DNA from: Caecitellus pseudoparvulus
Taxonomy: Eukaryota; Protista; Bigyra: Bicosoecida
Assembly (NCBI GenBank): GCA_965644315.1
Contig: CBFFRQ010000089.1
Location: 310,001-374,000, forward strand
Direction of reading: 5' to 3'
DNA: 64,000 nt
Below are positions 27,301 to 39,200 of this stretch, in pieces; position 1 is the stretch's first letter; each line of letters opens with the position of its first letter. The translations under genes and the position numbers were made by a program. Below the pieces are notes generated by a model. That model was not told where the DNA came from and made no database searches. It saw only the letters and a program-made list of their open reading frames with translations.

Positions 27301-30192
27301 GCTCTGCGCGACGCGCCTCGCGTCGAGACTTTTCTTCCAGACCCTTTTTCTTGGTGCCAATGGCGCCGCCGGCACGCGTGCCCCAGGAAATGTCGTGCAG
27401 GTTCGACATTGCGAAGAGCTGGAAGGTGTTCACGTACGTGGGAATGAAGAAGAAGTACTGCAGGCCGGTGAGGCCCGCCTTGAGCAGCTTGCCGCGCAGG
27501 CAGGGCGCGATGATGTACGGACCCAGGGACGCCACCAGTGCCACCATGACGAGGGGTGTGAAGGTGACGCGGAAGACGAGCAGGTACACTGAGAGGGAGA
27601 TGGCGATGACGGAGGCCACTGCGAGCAGCAGCGACACGCCGCTGTACAGCCAGCCCAAGTCGCCGACATCCCCCACCAGCGCGACGATGGCCAGGAGCAG
27701 CAGGCAGCAGGCGTACATGGCGGAGATGACAAAGACGTCCCACTGCAGGCCGAGGATGGAGGCGACGCTGGAGAAGAAGGCGGAGAAAATGACCAAGTAC
27801 GAGATAAAGAGGAGGCCGATGCTGAACCAGGCGATGACGGTGAGGGTGCAGATGAAGAACCACTGTGCCATCATGACGGCTTTGCGGCCCCACGGGTGCG
27901 ACGTGAACCAGATGCGCTGGGCGAATTCAAACAAGTACGAAATTTGGGCGAAAAGACTGCCGTTCAGCCACCGCCGGCGCTGCTTGATGAGCTGCTGCAG
28001 CGTCTGCGGCACGTCCGTGTACGCCTGCGCCGACGCTTCAAAGTACAGCGTCCACGCTTCGCCCTCCTTCAAGACAATTTCCTGGCACAGCACGCGATCC
28101 TCCGCCAGGTACATGTTGGCGATGAACGGCCCCAGCTCGTCGGCAGACTTGCGCTCCAGGAGGAAGTACTGCTCCAGCGGCACGCCGCTGATGGCGTCCC
28201 AGCGGTATGCGGAAAACGCCCCCGGCAGCACTGACACGTACCCTGTGATGGACTCGAACGTCTTGTCCAGGTCGTGGGCGATCTGGTACTCGAAGCTCTG
28301 CGCTGCTTCCAGCAGGTGGCTGAAGCGCACGTCACGCACGGCGATTTCGCCGGCCGCACCGCCCACGTGGGGATGCCGCTCGAACACCTGGATCAAGTTC
28401 ACGATGGCGTCAGCGGCAGGCCGTGTGCCAATGTCAAACAGGACGCAGTACTCGGGCACAAGTGCCGCGGCAATGCCGTCAAAGAACCACAGGTGGGAGT
28501 TCAGTTTCCCGCCGTTCTCCTCTTTCATCGCCACTGCAAACTGCATGGGCATGTACGTGTCGCCCGCCGTGGCGCTGGTGGGGTTGGGCACCTCGATGGT
28601 GCTCTCCATCATGTGCATGGTGACACTCTGGTCGTTGCGCAGCTTGGGGCGCAGCAGGCTCTCGTTGAAGGCCGCCAGCTCGTCCTGCAAGTACTTGAGC
28701 AGCTTGGGGTTGGCCTTGGAGCGGCCGTCCATGACAGCCACCACCAAGATGTTCTCCCACGGAATCCCCATGGCCGCCAAGCCTGGAAGGTTCTCCGCAA
28801 TGCCCTCCAGTGTCTCCCGCATCTCCACTTCGTCCTCGTTGTACATGGTGATGCAGATGCAGACGCGGCAGAAACGCCCGAAACGCTTGATGCGCAGGGC
28901 GTACGGGCTGTTCGCGTGTGCCATGTGCTTGGGGGCAGTCACGGGGAGCGGCGTGTAGTCTAGCGTGTCCAGTTCGTCGCCAATCACCCGCTCGCGCGCC
29001 TGCTGTGTCAGCAGTTCCCGCTGGGTCATCTGCGTCGGAACTGCGTCGTCGCCGCCGTCCCCCTCGCCGTACTCAGCGAGGCTGTCGGGGTGGAAGGACG
29101 ACGCGCCGTCGTCGCCGTCCCCCATGGCGCCTCCCCGAGACTGCTGCCGCAGCTCCCGGCGCTTCACGACGGCGTTGTCCCCCCGCAGGCGTGTGCGCAC
29201 GAAGCCTTCGGAGGTGATCTTGTTCCCCGCACCAGCACCCGCATCCAGGACAGAGGGGGACTTCACTGCCGCATCCATGCGAGCCAGGCGTCCCCACGAC
29301 TGCCCCTTGCGCACCAGCACGCCGTCTTCCAGCATTTGCTGCTCCTGCTCAAACAGCGCCGTCGTGACGGCACGAAGGTACGGCTCCTGCCCCGGTCGGC
29401 AGGTCTGCCGCAGAGTCGGCAGGATGTCAGGAGGCCCCTCCTCCACGTCGCTGCCGCCCATGCTGGAGGCTGCGCCGTCGTCATCCCCCATGCTGGGCAG
29501 GTCCGTGGCGATGTCGTCGGGCGGGGTGACACTTTGCGCGGGGGGGGAGTCGGGGGCTGTGCGCAGGGGGGGGGGCGCCCTGGTCGCTGGGCGCGACACC
29601 TCCTCCCCCATCGCAGACACCTGCCGAAGGGAGGCAATGCTGCCGGAGCTTGTGGTGGGCAGCTGGTCCACTGGTCCGGACCCCTGTGCTGCGCCCAGCG
29701 GCACGACACGGTCCTTGGGCGGCGGGACACCCTCCTCCTCACTGGAGCTGCCTTGGGGAAGGGGCGCACCGGCGGTGTCCTTGGCGGGGCCCCCCCCTGC
29801 AGCGCCACGAGGGGCTAGCTCGGTGGGCGGGTCCTTCGCCGCCGCACCAGTGGCCACAGGCTGCAGCACCCCCACTCCGTGCACGTCAGGGTCGTACTCG
29901 GACAGAGGCACCACAGCGCCACTGGGCGTGAGGAACAATCCCTTCACAGTGACGGTGGCACCCTCAGACGCAGACCGCCGGGGCCCACCACCAGGCACAT
30001 CTGGCGAAAGGGTTGGCCCTGGTGACTTGGTGGGCACTGCGAGGCGTGGCGTGATGGGGCAGGGTGCAAGGGGTGCTACGTGCGGGAATTGACCGCGGGC
30101 GTCCCGAGCAACTCCCGCAACGGCGCACGCAACGCACCCCCGGCAGATGCAGCACGGCCATGTGCCTTCACTGAGCTCGATCCATCCGCCAT
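24323..30192 (-). CDS. CHS: Chitin synthase (GT2, division-1 fungal/oomycete type), ~1,920 aa, 2 exons
   Basis: Motifs ITMYNED, DGR, KEENGGKLNSHLWFF, LFDIGT, GGAAGEI, QSFEY, VLPGAFSAYRW, YLAEDRVL, TDVP, QRRRWLNGS and NLHDISWGTR, followed by TM helices. Inferred exon 1 is 30192-30138 (MADGSSSVKAHGRAASAG), with a GT-AG intron at 30137-30037 joining in frame to VPTKSPG. Confidence 0.95.
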
Positions 30193-30767
30193 GCTGCGTG
30201 CAGCGTGCCTGGGGCGTCCTGCACAGCGTTCAGGCGTGAGCGTGATGGGGAGCCGGGCGTTTCGCGCTCACCGTCGCGAGTGAGGGACAGCGCGCAGCCT
30301 CGCTGGGCTGCGTTGAGGCGCAGGCAGGCGGCTAGGAGTGCACTGCAGTACTAACTGTGCGAGAATGGGCCCGCTGTGGGCGAGGCGCGCAGCCCCCGTC
30401 GGCCAGTGCCCCGGAGAGGCGAACGAAGCTCGAGGTCGGTGGACAGCAGGCAAGCCCTGCAAGCTCCCGCCGTCTGGCAGCGAAGCGAGCACTGCACAGG
30501 CGCATGGGTGGGCTGCCTGCAGCACAATTAGAGTGACAAGCCCGGAGTGTTGTGCCGTGCGGTGCGCAGGCCGTTCAGTAATGTGTTCCGTGCGGTGCAT
30601 TGCGCTGCGCCTGCGAAGCGGCGTTTCTTGCCTGCTTGCGTCTGGGGCCATGACCCGCTCTGCTGCGAGGCGCTGCAGGGGGGCGCAGCGAACCCCATGC
30701 GACCAGAGGGAGGGTTGGTGTCCACGCTGCAGTGTTGGGCACTGGCGGTGGGCAGGGTGTGCGCGGC

Positions 30768-32232
30768 TCAGTGCAAGCCGGCCTGGATCATGGCATGCAG
30801 ACTGACGAACATGACAGCTTGTCCGACCAAATGCCAAGCGCCAGCCGCCTGTGCGCCGCTGTACGCCGCCGCCGTGGGCACCAGCTCCACGATGCACAGC
30901 ATGACCATGACGCCTGCCACGAACGCGTTCAGTACCGCCGCCCAGTACGTCGTCAGGGCCGCGGCCACGGGGATGAGCAGCGCAGCCGCCAACGGCTCGC
31001 AGAGCGAAGACAGAACACACCACTTCATGGCGTGCCATGCCGAGCCAGTGGCGGCGAAAATGGGCGACGCCACAGCCATGCCTTCTGGGATGTTGTGCAG
31101 GGAAATGGCGAGAAACAGCGCCAGGCCCCGCCCGGCACAGGCCTTTGTCAATGCGGCGAGGAAGGGCGCGATGCCGCCTGCCCCTGCCAGCGTCAGGGAC
31201 GAGATGTCCTCGGAACACACGCCTGTGAGGGACTGGCTGAAGACGATGAGGCCCTCGGGGAAGTTGTGCAGGGAGATGCCGGCTGCGGCGATGAGGCCAG
31301 TCATGTACAACCGTGACTTCGAGCGGGCAGGGGGGGGGGATGAGGGGGGCGGGCGCCTGGACAGGGGGGTGAAGAAGGCGACGGTGGCAGGGGGGGGTCC
31401 GGCTGGCGGCGGCCCACTGATCGCGCGCGGCCTCGTGGTGCAGGGGTGGTCATGGGGGTGGGGGGGGCCTTGCGCACCACGGTGGTTTCGGGGGATGCGT
31501 GGGGGGGTGAAGGGGGGGCCTCCAGGACGGCGACGTCGGGCTCAGGCACTAGCCACACGACCACCCCGAAGAAGGCCATGCCCAGCATGAACTGCGTGCA
31601 GGGCAGCGAGGGGGTCAGTGCCACGAGAGGCGGCGGACGGCAAAGCGCGTGTGATGGGCGACGCACCCACTGGTTGGCGGCGAACCAGCCCAGCTCCTCG
31701 AAGCTGTGCGGCAACATGTCCGCGTACGAAATGTACAGCATGATGCCGCAGGCAAAGGAAAGGAGGCCTCCCAAGAGCTTGTCGGAAGGCACGCCAAACA
31801 GCACGACAGCAGCTCCACCTGTGCAAGGCAAGAGGGAGAGGCTGCGTGTGGAGCAAGCTCCATGCGGCTTAGGCGCGAGATGAAACCCAACGTACCCACA
31901 GTAGACATCATACCTGCCGTGAACGTCATCATGAACGCGCTGAAAGGGTGCTGCACTGGGTCCAATGCCGGGTCAGCCTTGTGACTGCCGTCAAAATCCG
32001 CATTTCCGCAGCTGTGGCTGCCCTCTAACTTGGAGGCTGTTGCCCCATGGGCATGGCAGTGGTCCTGGGGGGGGGGTATGAAGGGGCGTTGAAGTGCTGG
32101 GGTGGTATGTATAGGGCCTGGTTCTGGAACTGGCTTGCTCACGTGGGCGACTGCGCAGACCAGGCTGCAGGCGAGTCCAAGCAGCACTACAACTCTCGCT
32201 GCGCCCGGTCCTTGAGCCGAGTACTTGGCCAT
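30768..32232 (-). CDS. ZIP-family (ZupT/GufA-like) divalent metal transporter; 3 exons plus an unresolved frameshift
   Basis: Motifs AGISLHNFPEGLIVF and AISLHNIPEGMAVASPI, LLSFACGIMLYISY, LCEPLAA and AFVAGVMVMLCIVELVP. It has an N-terminal hydrophobic signal and a His-containing ectodomain. Introns are 31895-31819 and 31666-31592; a frame change falls in G-homopolymers at ~31330-31520. Confidence 0.88.
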
Positions 32233-32830
32233 ACTCGGCAGCACACAAGGGACGGAGTGCGGCGGCAGTGAGAGAGCACAGCCCTGCCTTCCTGGCTCCC
32301 TGGTGTGTCTCCTCAGCCGAAGGTTTCACTGCGGCGCGGCACTGGTCCGCTTCCCACGGAAGAGCCGTGCGACTTTGCCAAAGTGCGGGGCAAGTTGGTA
32401 GCATAGTCGCGGGGGTGTTGAGTGAGGGGGGTGCAGGTGTAGCATGGGGTCCCGAAAATTGACATGGCATGGCCATTGTTGACGTGTGCTACGCTGTAGG
32501 CTCAAGTTCTGCGTTGGCGTTGTTTGGTAAGTGCGGTGTCGAGCCAGCCATTGGACGGACCCTGGCAAACGAAGCGCCCCATCCTCGACGAATGTCCACT
32601 TGAGCCCAGCTCCAAAATAAACAACCGCACACTGTTCCAGAGCACACTCTTACTTGCTCCTCCTTCAGCTCCTTGGCCGCCTCGCACGTGGCAGCGTTTT
32701 GGCGCCGGTTGTCGAGGCAAAACCCACAGCAGAGCGTGGCGCGCAAACGCCACACACAGGCGTGTCTAGGGCACAAGGTCAGCTCAGTCCGGTTGTGGGG
32801 AAGCAGAACCTTGAACACACCCTGTCGAAC
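32233..32830. promoter_or_regulatory. Putative bidirectional promoter between the ZIP transporter and ferric reductase genes
   Basis: 598-bp spacer between divergent ATGs at 32232 (-) and 32831 (+), with no credible coding signal. Function is inferred from position only. Confidence 0.5.
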
Positions 32831-35736
32831 ATGCGCTGGCTCCTCGCACTGGCCGTGCTGGGCGTCGCGTTTCGCCGGGTTGCAAGCTACGGCTCAGGTG
32901 CGGCACTGCACCGGAAGGCCACTCCGCACCCGCAGCCAGGGCACGCACACGCGCCTTCCTTGCCTCCTCCCTCTGCCAGGAAACATTCCTTGCGTGTTCC
33001 TGCCCCCTGGCAACCATGGCTCAGCATCCTCCAACGGGGGCATCTCGTTGACACTCACCCACCCCATCGACGGCGTGGTGACGTCATATCGGCCAAGCAC
33101 CACCTACTCCTTCTCCGCCTCCTACTCAAGCTTCAAGGGCTTCCAGCTTGTCTTCACAAACAGTACGTTTACGTTCTCCCGCATTGCACGCAGCGCGCTG
33201 GCCTGCTGCAGCAAGCAGCGCAATGTGACCGTGAAACGGACGTCGCTCACCTCCGGCTCCGGGCCACACTTCGCAGGCGCTTCGCTCATCAGCGTTCCCA
33301 GCAGCTCGAACTGCCGGGGCAGCATCACAACCGTGACCAACGGCAAGACGCGGTCTGCATGCACAGGCTGCACGACCGCCGTGCATTCGAGTGCGTGGTT
33401 GCCTCCGCGCACCGCTCGCTCGCAAGCTGCCCGCGCCGCCGCCTGCAACCACGCCAACTTGCGCCACCGCAGACTCCGCCACGAAGACGGGATTCTCAGG
33501 GCAGTGGACGTCCCCTCCTGCAGGGACGGGCACCATCACGGCGCAGCTGGTGGTGTCCGATGGCCAGGGGGGCGGCTTCTCCGCCTATCGCCTGTTCACT
33601 TTCACCGAGGTTGCACCTTCCCCCGCCTCCACTCCGGCCAGCACGCCGGCCTCCACCACCACGGCCACCCACTCGCCGTCGGCGTCTGTCACTGCCCCCA
33701 TAACGGCATCCCCCTCCCCCTCCCCCAGCGTATCCAGCACAGCCGAGTCCACTTCCACGGCCAGTCTGTCGCCTGGCGCCAGCCCGCTGGAGACCACCAC
33801 ACCGTCACCCACGGCCTTAACCACGCCCTCCACCTCGCCCTCACCCTCCGGCACGCCCTCCGTGTCCATGACGCCGGCCAGCTCCCCCACCAGCTCCACC
33901 TCCCCCTCCCCCTCGCCCTCCAACGCCCCATGCACCTTGACCTGCTCAGGGCACGGGCAGTGCCTGCTGCCCACCACCATCCTCGGCACCCCCTCATGCC
34001 GCTGCAGCGACCCCTGGACAGGCGATGCCTCCTGCTCCTCCTGCAAGCCCGGCTTCGCCACCAGCGACGGGCTCACCTGCCGACTGGAACAGACGGCAGC
34101 CGCCACAGTGACGCTGGTGTTCGACGGCGACTTGGCGGCGGTGGCAGGGGCGGAGGAGACTGCGGAACGCACCACCTTTGTCACTACCCTGCAGAACGAG
34201 CTCTCTGCGGCACTGGGGTTGTCGAGTGCCACATCTGGGCGTGTGCGCATCACGGGCCTGTCGGCACTCGCCACAGCCGGAGGGGGGTTCGCAGCCAACG
34301 TCACCATCCTGCCCCCTGCCGCCACAGACACGGGGCCAGCTGCGGCAAACGTGACGTCTGTCGCTGACTCCCTGGCAGCCGCGGCGCGGAACACGAGCAG
34401 CAGTCTGTACACGGGAGCCATCTCCGTCGCAATGCTGAACGGGGCCGGCAACGCCAACGCGCAGGCCAGCGTGACAAACACTGCGCCCGCCTCCATCCTG
34501 GCGCCCTCAGGGGGCTGCGACCCGCCCACCTTCACCGTGCGACTGGCCTCCGCCATGACCATGTCCTGGAGCCTCGTCACGGGCAGCGGGCAGTGTCTGG
34601 CAGAAGGCGCGGAAATCCCCGACGACGCAAAGCTCGTCGCAGCCGTGGCGGTGTCCAGCGAAGATACCTGGTTGGCACTGGGGTGGAACGAGAACTTCGC
34701 CATGGTCGGCACCGATGCGGTGCTGGGCACGCCGAACAACGGCTTTGTGCGCGACGTGCACATCACGAGCAGGAGCAGTTCTGGTGTGCAGTCAGACACG
34801 TCGCGAGACATCACAGACACGCAGCTGCGGTCAACGGACGGCTTCACGGTCATGTTCTTCACTCGCCCCCTGAACACGGGGGACGACGCGGAGGATGCGA
34901 ACTTGCTGCCTGCCGCACAAGCCGGCGAAGCGTCGCGCGTGATTTGGGCGCATGGAGGCGCAGGTGCCGCCTCCCTGGGCAACCACAACGCCAACCGGGG
35001 CAACCTGTTCGTGAACTTCGCCACCGGCGCCACGACGGCCGTGGACCCCGACGGCTTGCGCCTCGCCCATGGCATTCTCATGACCATCGCCTGGGCGCTG
35101 ATGGTGCCGCTGGCCATCCTCTCAGCCGTGTGGCTGAAGCCGGGTACAGATGCCCGGTGCTGCGGCCTGCTACGACCGGCCGTGGAAGTGGACACCACAC
35201 AGCCCCAGGTGTGGTTCACCATCCACTGGCGCCTGCAGCTGGCCGCCTTCGTTCTCGCCACGGCCGCCTTTGTGCTGGCACTCATCTTCACAGACCTCGC
35301 CCCCCCCGCGACACCCCACGCAACCCTGGGCCTGGTCGTGTACGCCCTGATGGCTGTGCAGGTGGGCGCAGGCCTCATGCGCCCCCACAAGCCCAAGCCC
35401 GAGCAACCGACCAGTGGCAGCGCCCCCTATGCCGATGCACAGGGCGCCCCGCAAGGCACCTGCCTGCGCACCGTGTGGGAGGCGCAGCACCGCATCACAG
35501 GCGCCTTACTGCCCCTCCTCGCGATCATCGCACTGGTGACGGGCTACCTGGTGTTCAATGCTGGCATTGGCATCGCAATTGGTGTGCCGTTGGGCACGCT
35601 GGTGCTGACACTCGCCGCAGGCTGCTGCACACTGCGTGGCTGTGTTCCTGCTGGTGCACAGCAGCGGCCCAGCTCCAGGGCACCGGCCGATGGAGACGTG
35701 GAACTCACCAACCCCGTCCGGCCGAAAGTGTCCTGA
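32831..35736 (+). CDS. Ferric-chelate reductase FRRS1/SDR2-like: signal peptide-Reeler-S/T/P stalk-EGF-DOMON-cytochrome b561
   Basis: Exons 32831-32897, 32980-33162, 33277-33390 and 33473-35736 splice in frame. Reeler-like segment FKGFQL...AVHSNSATKTGFSGQWTSPPAGTG; EGF CTLTCSGHGQC...CRC; DOMON WLALGW..MVGTDAVLG...IWAHG..HNANRG. The b561 domain has four haem His (AHGILM, FTIHWRLQ, PHATLG, AQHRITG). Confidence 0.9.
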
Positions 35737-36260
35737 ATCCTGCAGCAGCTGAAGAGCAGCGGGATACGGGTGCCGTGATTGATTCTCAATGCAGTGGAAC
35801 ATACAGCACTCTGTGGGGCGACTGATGAAGGTCACAAGCACAGGACTTGCTTGATGGGAGCTAGGGGGCTGCTCTTTGTTGGTGGGGGAAGGGTGCAGCG
35901 CAGGGGCGGCCGGTCTTTGGCATGTGGCAGGTGCTGCCGCCAGTCGATCGCTGGCTGTCTGGCTCTGAAAGCGAGGCCAGGCTCAAAGCTGCGGAGGGGG
36001 CACTTTATCAAGATTTTCCGTAAAACTCGATGCATAGGCACAAGCCATGGCTTGTGCATGCAGCTTGGATGTCCTCCTTGCATCCATGCCACACTCGTCG
36101 GAGGAGTTTGAGGCTGTGCAAGTGCTTGGGCGAGGTGCGGAGTTTGAAGCCAACGCCAACCACAAAACAGTCGGCCGCTTTTGCCCACCCAAGGAGAAAA
36201 GGTTAAAAGAGGCAGAGAAGCACTTACCTGTTACCTGATCAACCCCTTCAGTGTGTTAAT

Positions 36261-39200
36261 ATGTCAAGTGCTGGAAGCCAGGAGCCCGGAGCGGCTGTGA
36301 GTTGCTTTGCGGGATTTGACAGCAGCGCTTGCGCTTGGTGCTGGCCCCAAACCCAGGAAGCCCAGAGCCGCAGCACCCGAGTCTTTTGTCCGGCACAGGC
36401 GTCACGGGAAGCCATAGGAGGTGAAGGTGCTAGTGCACGACCTAGCAGGACGGAAGAGGTGCCGTTTGAGAAACTCCTGGCGTGTTTGGAGAAGGTGAAC
36501 TGCTGGCCAGGCTCGGACATGGAACATGTTGACGCAATTCGTGGCCTAGCAGCCATAGGGGAAGGGAGTCCACCTGGTGCAGGCAAAGGACCAAAAATCA
36601 TGAGCCTTGGGGACTTGGAGGGTCTTCTTCGCGAAGCTGGAGGTGCGCTTCTGGAGCGTGCTGGAGCGCTTCAGGAGCAGGTTGATCGTCAGGAGGTGAG
36701 TAATGCGCTGCAGTACCTGTCGTTCCGGTGCTTTTGCGCTGTTGAGGTGCTGTACCGCATAAGTGCTGGTGAGCCGCTCGACGCTTGTCCGACGGGGGAG
36801 GCCGTGTGGGACCCAATCCAGAAGGCTTGGGACTCTGTGGACGTCGAGGCGCAGAGTCTGGAGGGTGCCTTGGCGGACCTGACCCGATGGTGGCTCAAAC
36901 GCAAGAGAGAAACAGCCCCTCAAGCTGCAGCGGTCGCAAGTCCCATACACGATCCTGACGCAAACGCAGCTGTTAAAGCTGCTTTGTCCAGCATGCGCAG
37001 GCAGGCAGAGTGCTTTCGAGAAGCGGATGAGGAAGACCTCGGCAGTGGGCAAGCGGCGAAATCTCTCGACAAAGCTGCATACGCGGTGACAAAAATGCGC
37101 CAACAACTCAGGTGCACAAGACTAGTTGCCGCAAGAATGCTTGCGCCTGCGGACAGTTTGGACCTTGCGGAGGAAATCGCATTCTTTACGTCAGCCGATC
37201 GCAGCGTGTACAGCGTCTCGAAAGACATCATGCCTGAGCACTTAACAGAAGTACTGGATGTGGAAGAATGGGCACAGGATATCGCAAGTGGTTCATCCAA
37301 CTTGCAGCTCAGTGCCGGCCAAGTATTGGCAACTGAGAGCCTGAGGGTTGCCCAGGGCTTTCCTCGAGCTGTGCAAGCTTTGCGAGGGGTAGGGCTCGTG
37401 CACAGCAGCACACAGTTCTCACCAACGGACCCCCTGGGGCAAGTTTCAGGGGTCAACATCCAAGTTCAGTGCGAGCGCGGTTGGCCCCTGGGCATGTTTG
37501 TGCGGGACGAGGGCTGGCCAAGTCTCGAACTTCGCCTTCGCCAGCGACTGTGTGTCAAGCTCCTTGGCACTTGTGCAGTTGCAGCGGCCTCTGGTGCTGA
37601 TCTCAACGGACTATCCTTGGAGAGCTTCGTTGTCGTCGGGATGCAGGCGTGTACACTTGAGAGTTTGAAGGATGCACTCGATGCTGGGAGGTGCCAAGTT
37701 CTGATCGGATCTTGTGTTGGAGTTTGGACGAGGGCAGGGCACGAGAGCGCTGTGTCAACAATCGCAAGCATGCTGGAGCAGATCCTTGGCCCTCTTGAAG
37801 CTGGCAGCTCAGAAAAGCGGTGGATCCAACAGCAGACAGCGAGGAGCGGCAGCGGAGGAGCAGCGTCAGAGGCAGACAGCGTCAACAGCATCAGTCCCTT
37901 CTGCTACTCGGCTGCATATGTGAACGCCTGCAAGACTTTTGGCCTTTGGTGTGTTAAACTATGGAGAGCTGATAGAACCATCCGTGCTGCAATTGACGCA
38001 GAGCGAAGGACAGAGTGCCAGACGCAGCAAACGAACGCGGCCTCCTTTATTCAGGCCTGCCGAGAAGGAGACATTGTCTCAGCTCGCCATCTTCTTTGCA
38101 TGGGTGGCTCGCGAGCTGTGGACGTTCACGCGTCTGACAAGGGAGGGCCCGAGGCAGCATTCCGCGCGGCATGCTCCAGTGGTCATCTTGATGTGGTAGT
38201 TGAACTACTTGCGTTGACTGGAGAACGTGCTGTGGACGTGCATGCTCATTCAGAGTATGCCTTTCAGTTGGCGTGCAGCAATGGCCACTTAGCAGTGCTG
38301 CGCCATTTGCTGGCCCTGGAGGGGGAGCGTGAAATCAATGTCGGCGCTGACAACCATCTTGCCTTTCGGTGGGCATGCCAGAACGGACACGCAGAAGTAG
38401 TTACCGAGTTACTGCGCCTGACCGGACATCGCGCAGTGGATGTGCATGCTGTGGATGGGGATGGTCCCGAGGCTGGCTTCCGGCTTGCATGCCAGAATGG
38501 TCACGTGGACGTGGTGCAGGAGCTGCTGGCTCTGACGGGTGATCGCGAAGTGAACGTGCATGCGGAGAGCAATGGTGATCCTGAGTATGGCTTCCGAGCT
38601 GCCTGTGAGAGAGGACATGTGGACGTGGTGCGGGAGCTGCTGGCTCTGACGGGTGATCGCGAAGTGAACGTGCATGCAGAAGGTTGGGGTGCTTCCATGT
38701 GTGGTTTCGGTATCTCATGTGCAAGTGGAAGCACGGGTGTGGTGCTTAAGCTGCTCGATTTAGATGGTGACAGTGAGTCAGGCTTGCATGATGCACTGGA
38801 GGGTGATTCTGAAGCCGGGAGTTTCGTCGCAGCCTGGGCGAGTGGACATGTTGGTGCGGTTCATGAGATGCTGGCAATAAAAGGTCTTCAAACGGTGGAT
38901 TTGCCTGAGAAAAGTGATGGGGAGTCTTGGGCTAGTTTCATGGCCGCTTGTATCAATGAGCAAGAGCGTGTGAAGCGTGGAGTGCCAGCTCAGAAGGGGA
39001 ATGTTGGAGTGGGTGTGAAAAAGGGCTTCAGTTCTGTTCTTCCCCAAAGTGGGTTCCAGGCAGCCTGTCGAAATGGGCATGTAGATGTCGTGCGCGAGCT
39101 GCTGGCACTGACGGGTGACCGAGCAGTGGACGTGCATGCTGGGCCTGAAGGTGGTCCTGAGTTTGGCTTCAGGCTTGCCTGCCAGAATGGTCACGTGGCT

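Noticed and set aside
26015-30092. Plus-strand ORFs of 525, 720 and 375 aa
   Set aside because: Antisense shadows of the chitin synthase.
33585-35396. 603-aa minus-strand ORF, and the similar 53680-55722 (680 aa) and 42062-43705 (547 aa)
   Set aside because: Antisense to well-supported genes; expected from stop-codon scarcity at high GC.
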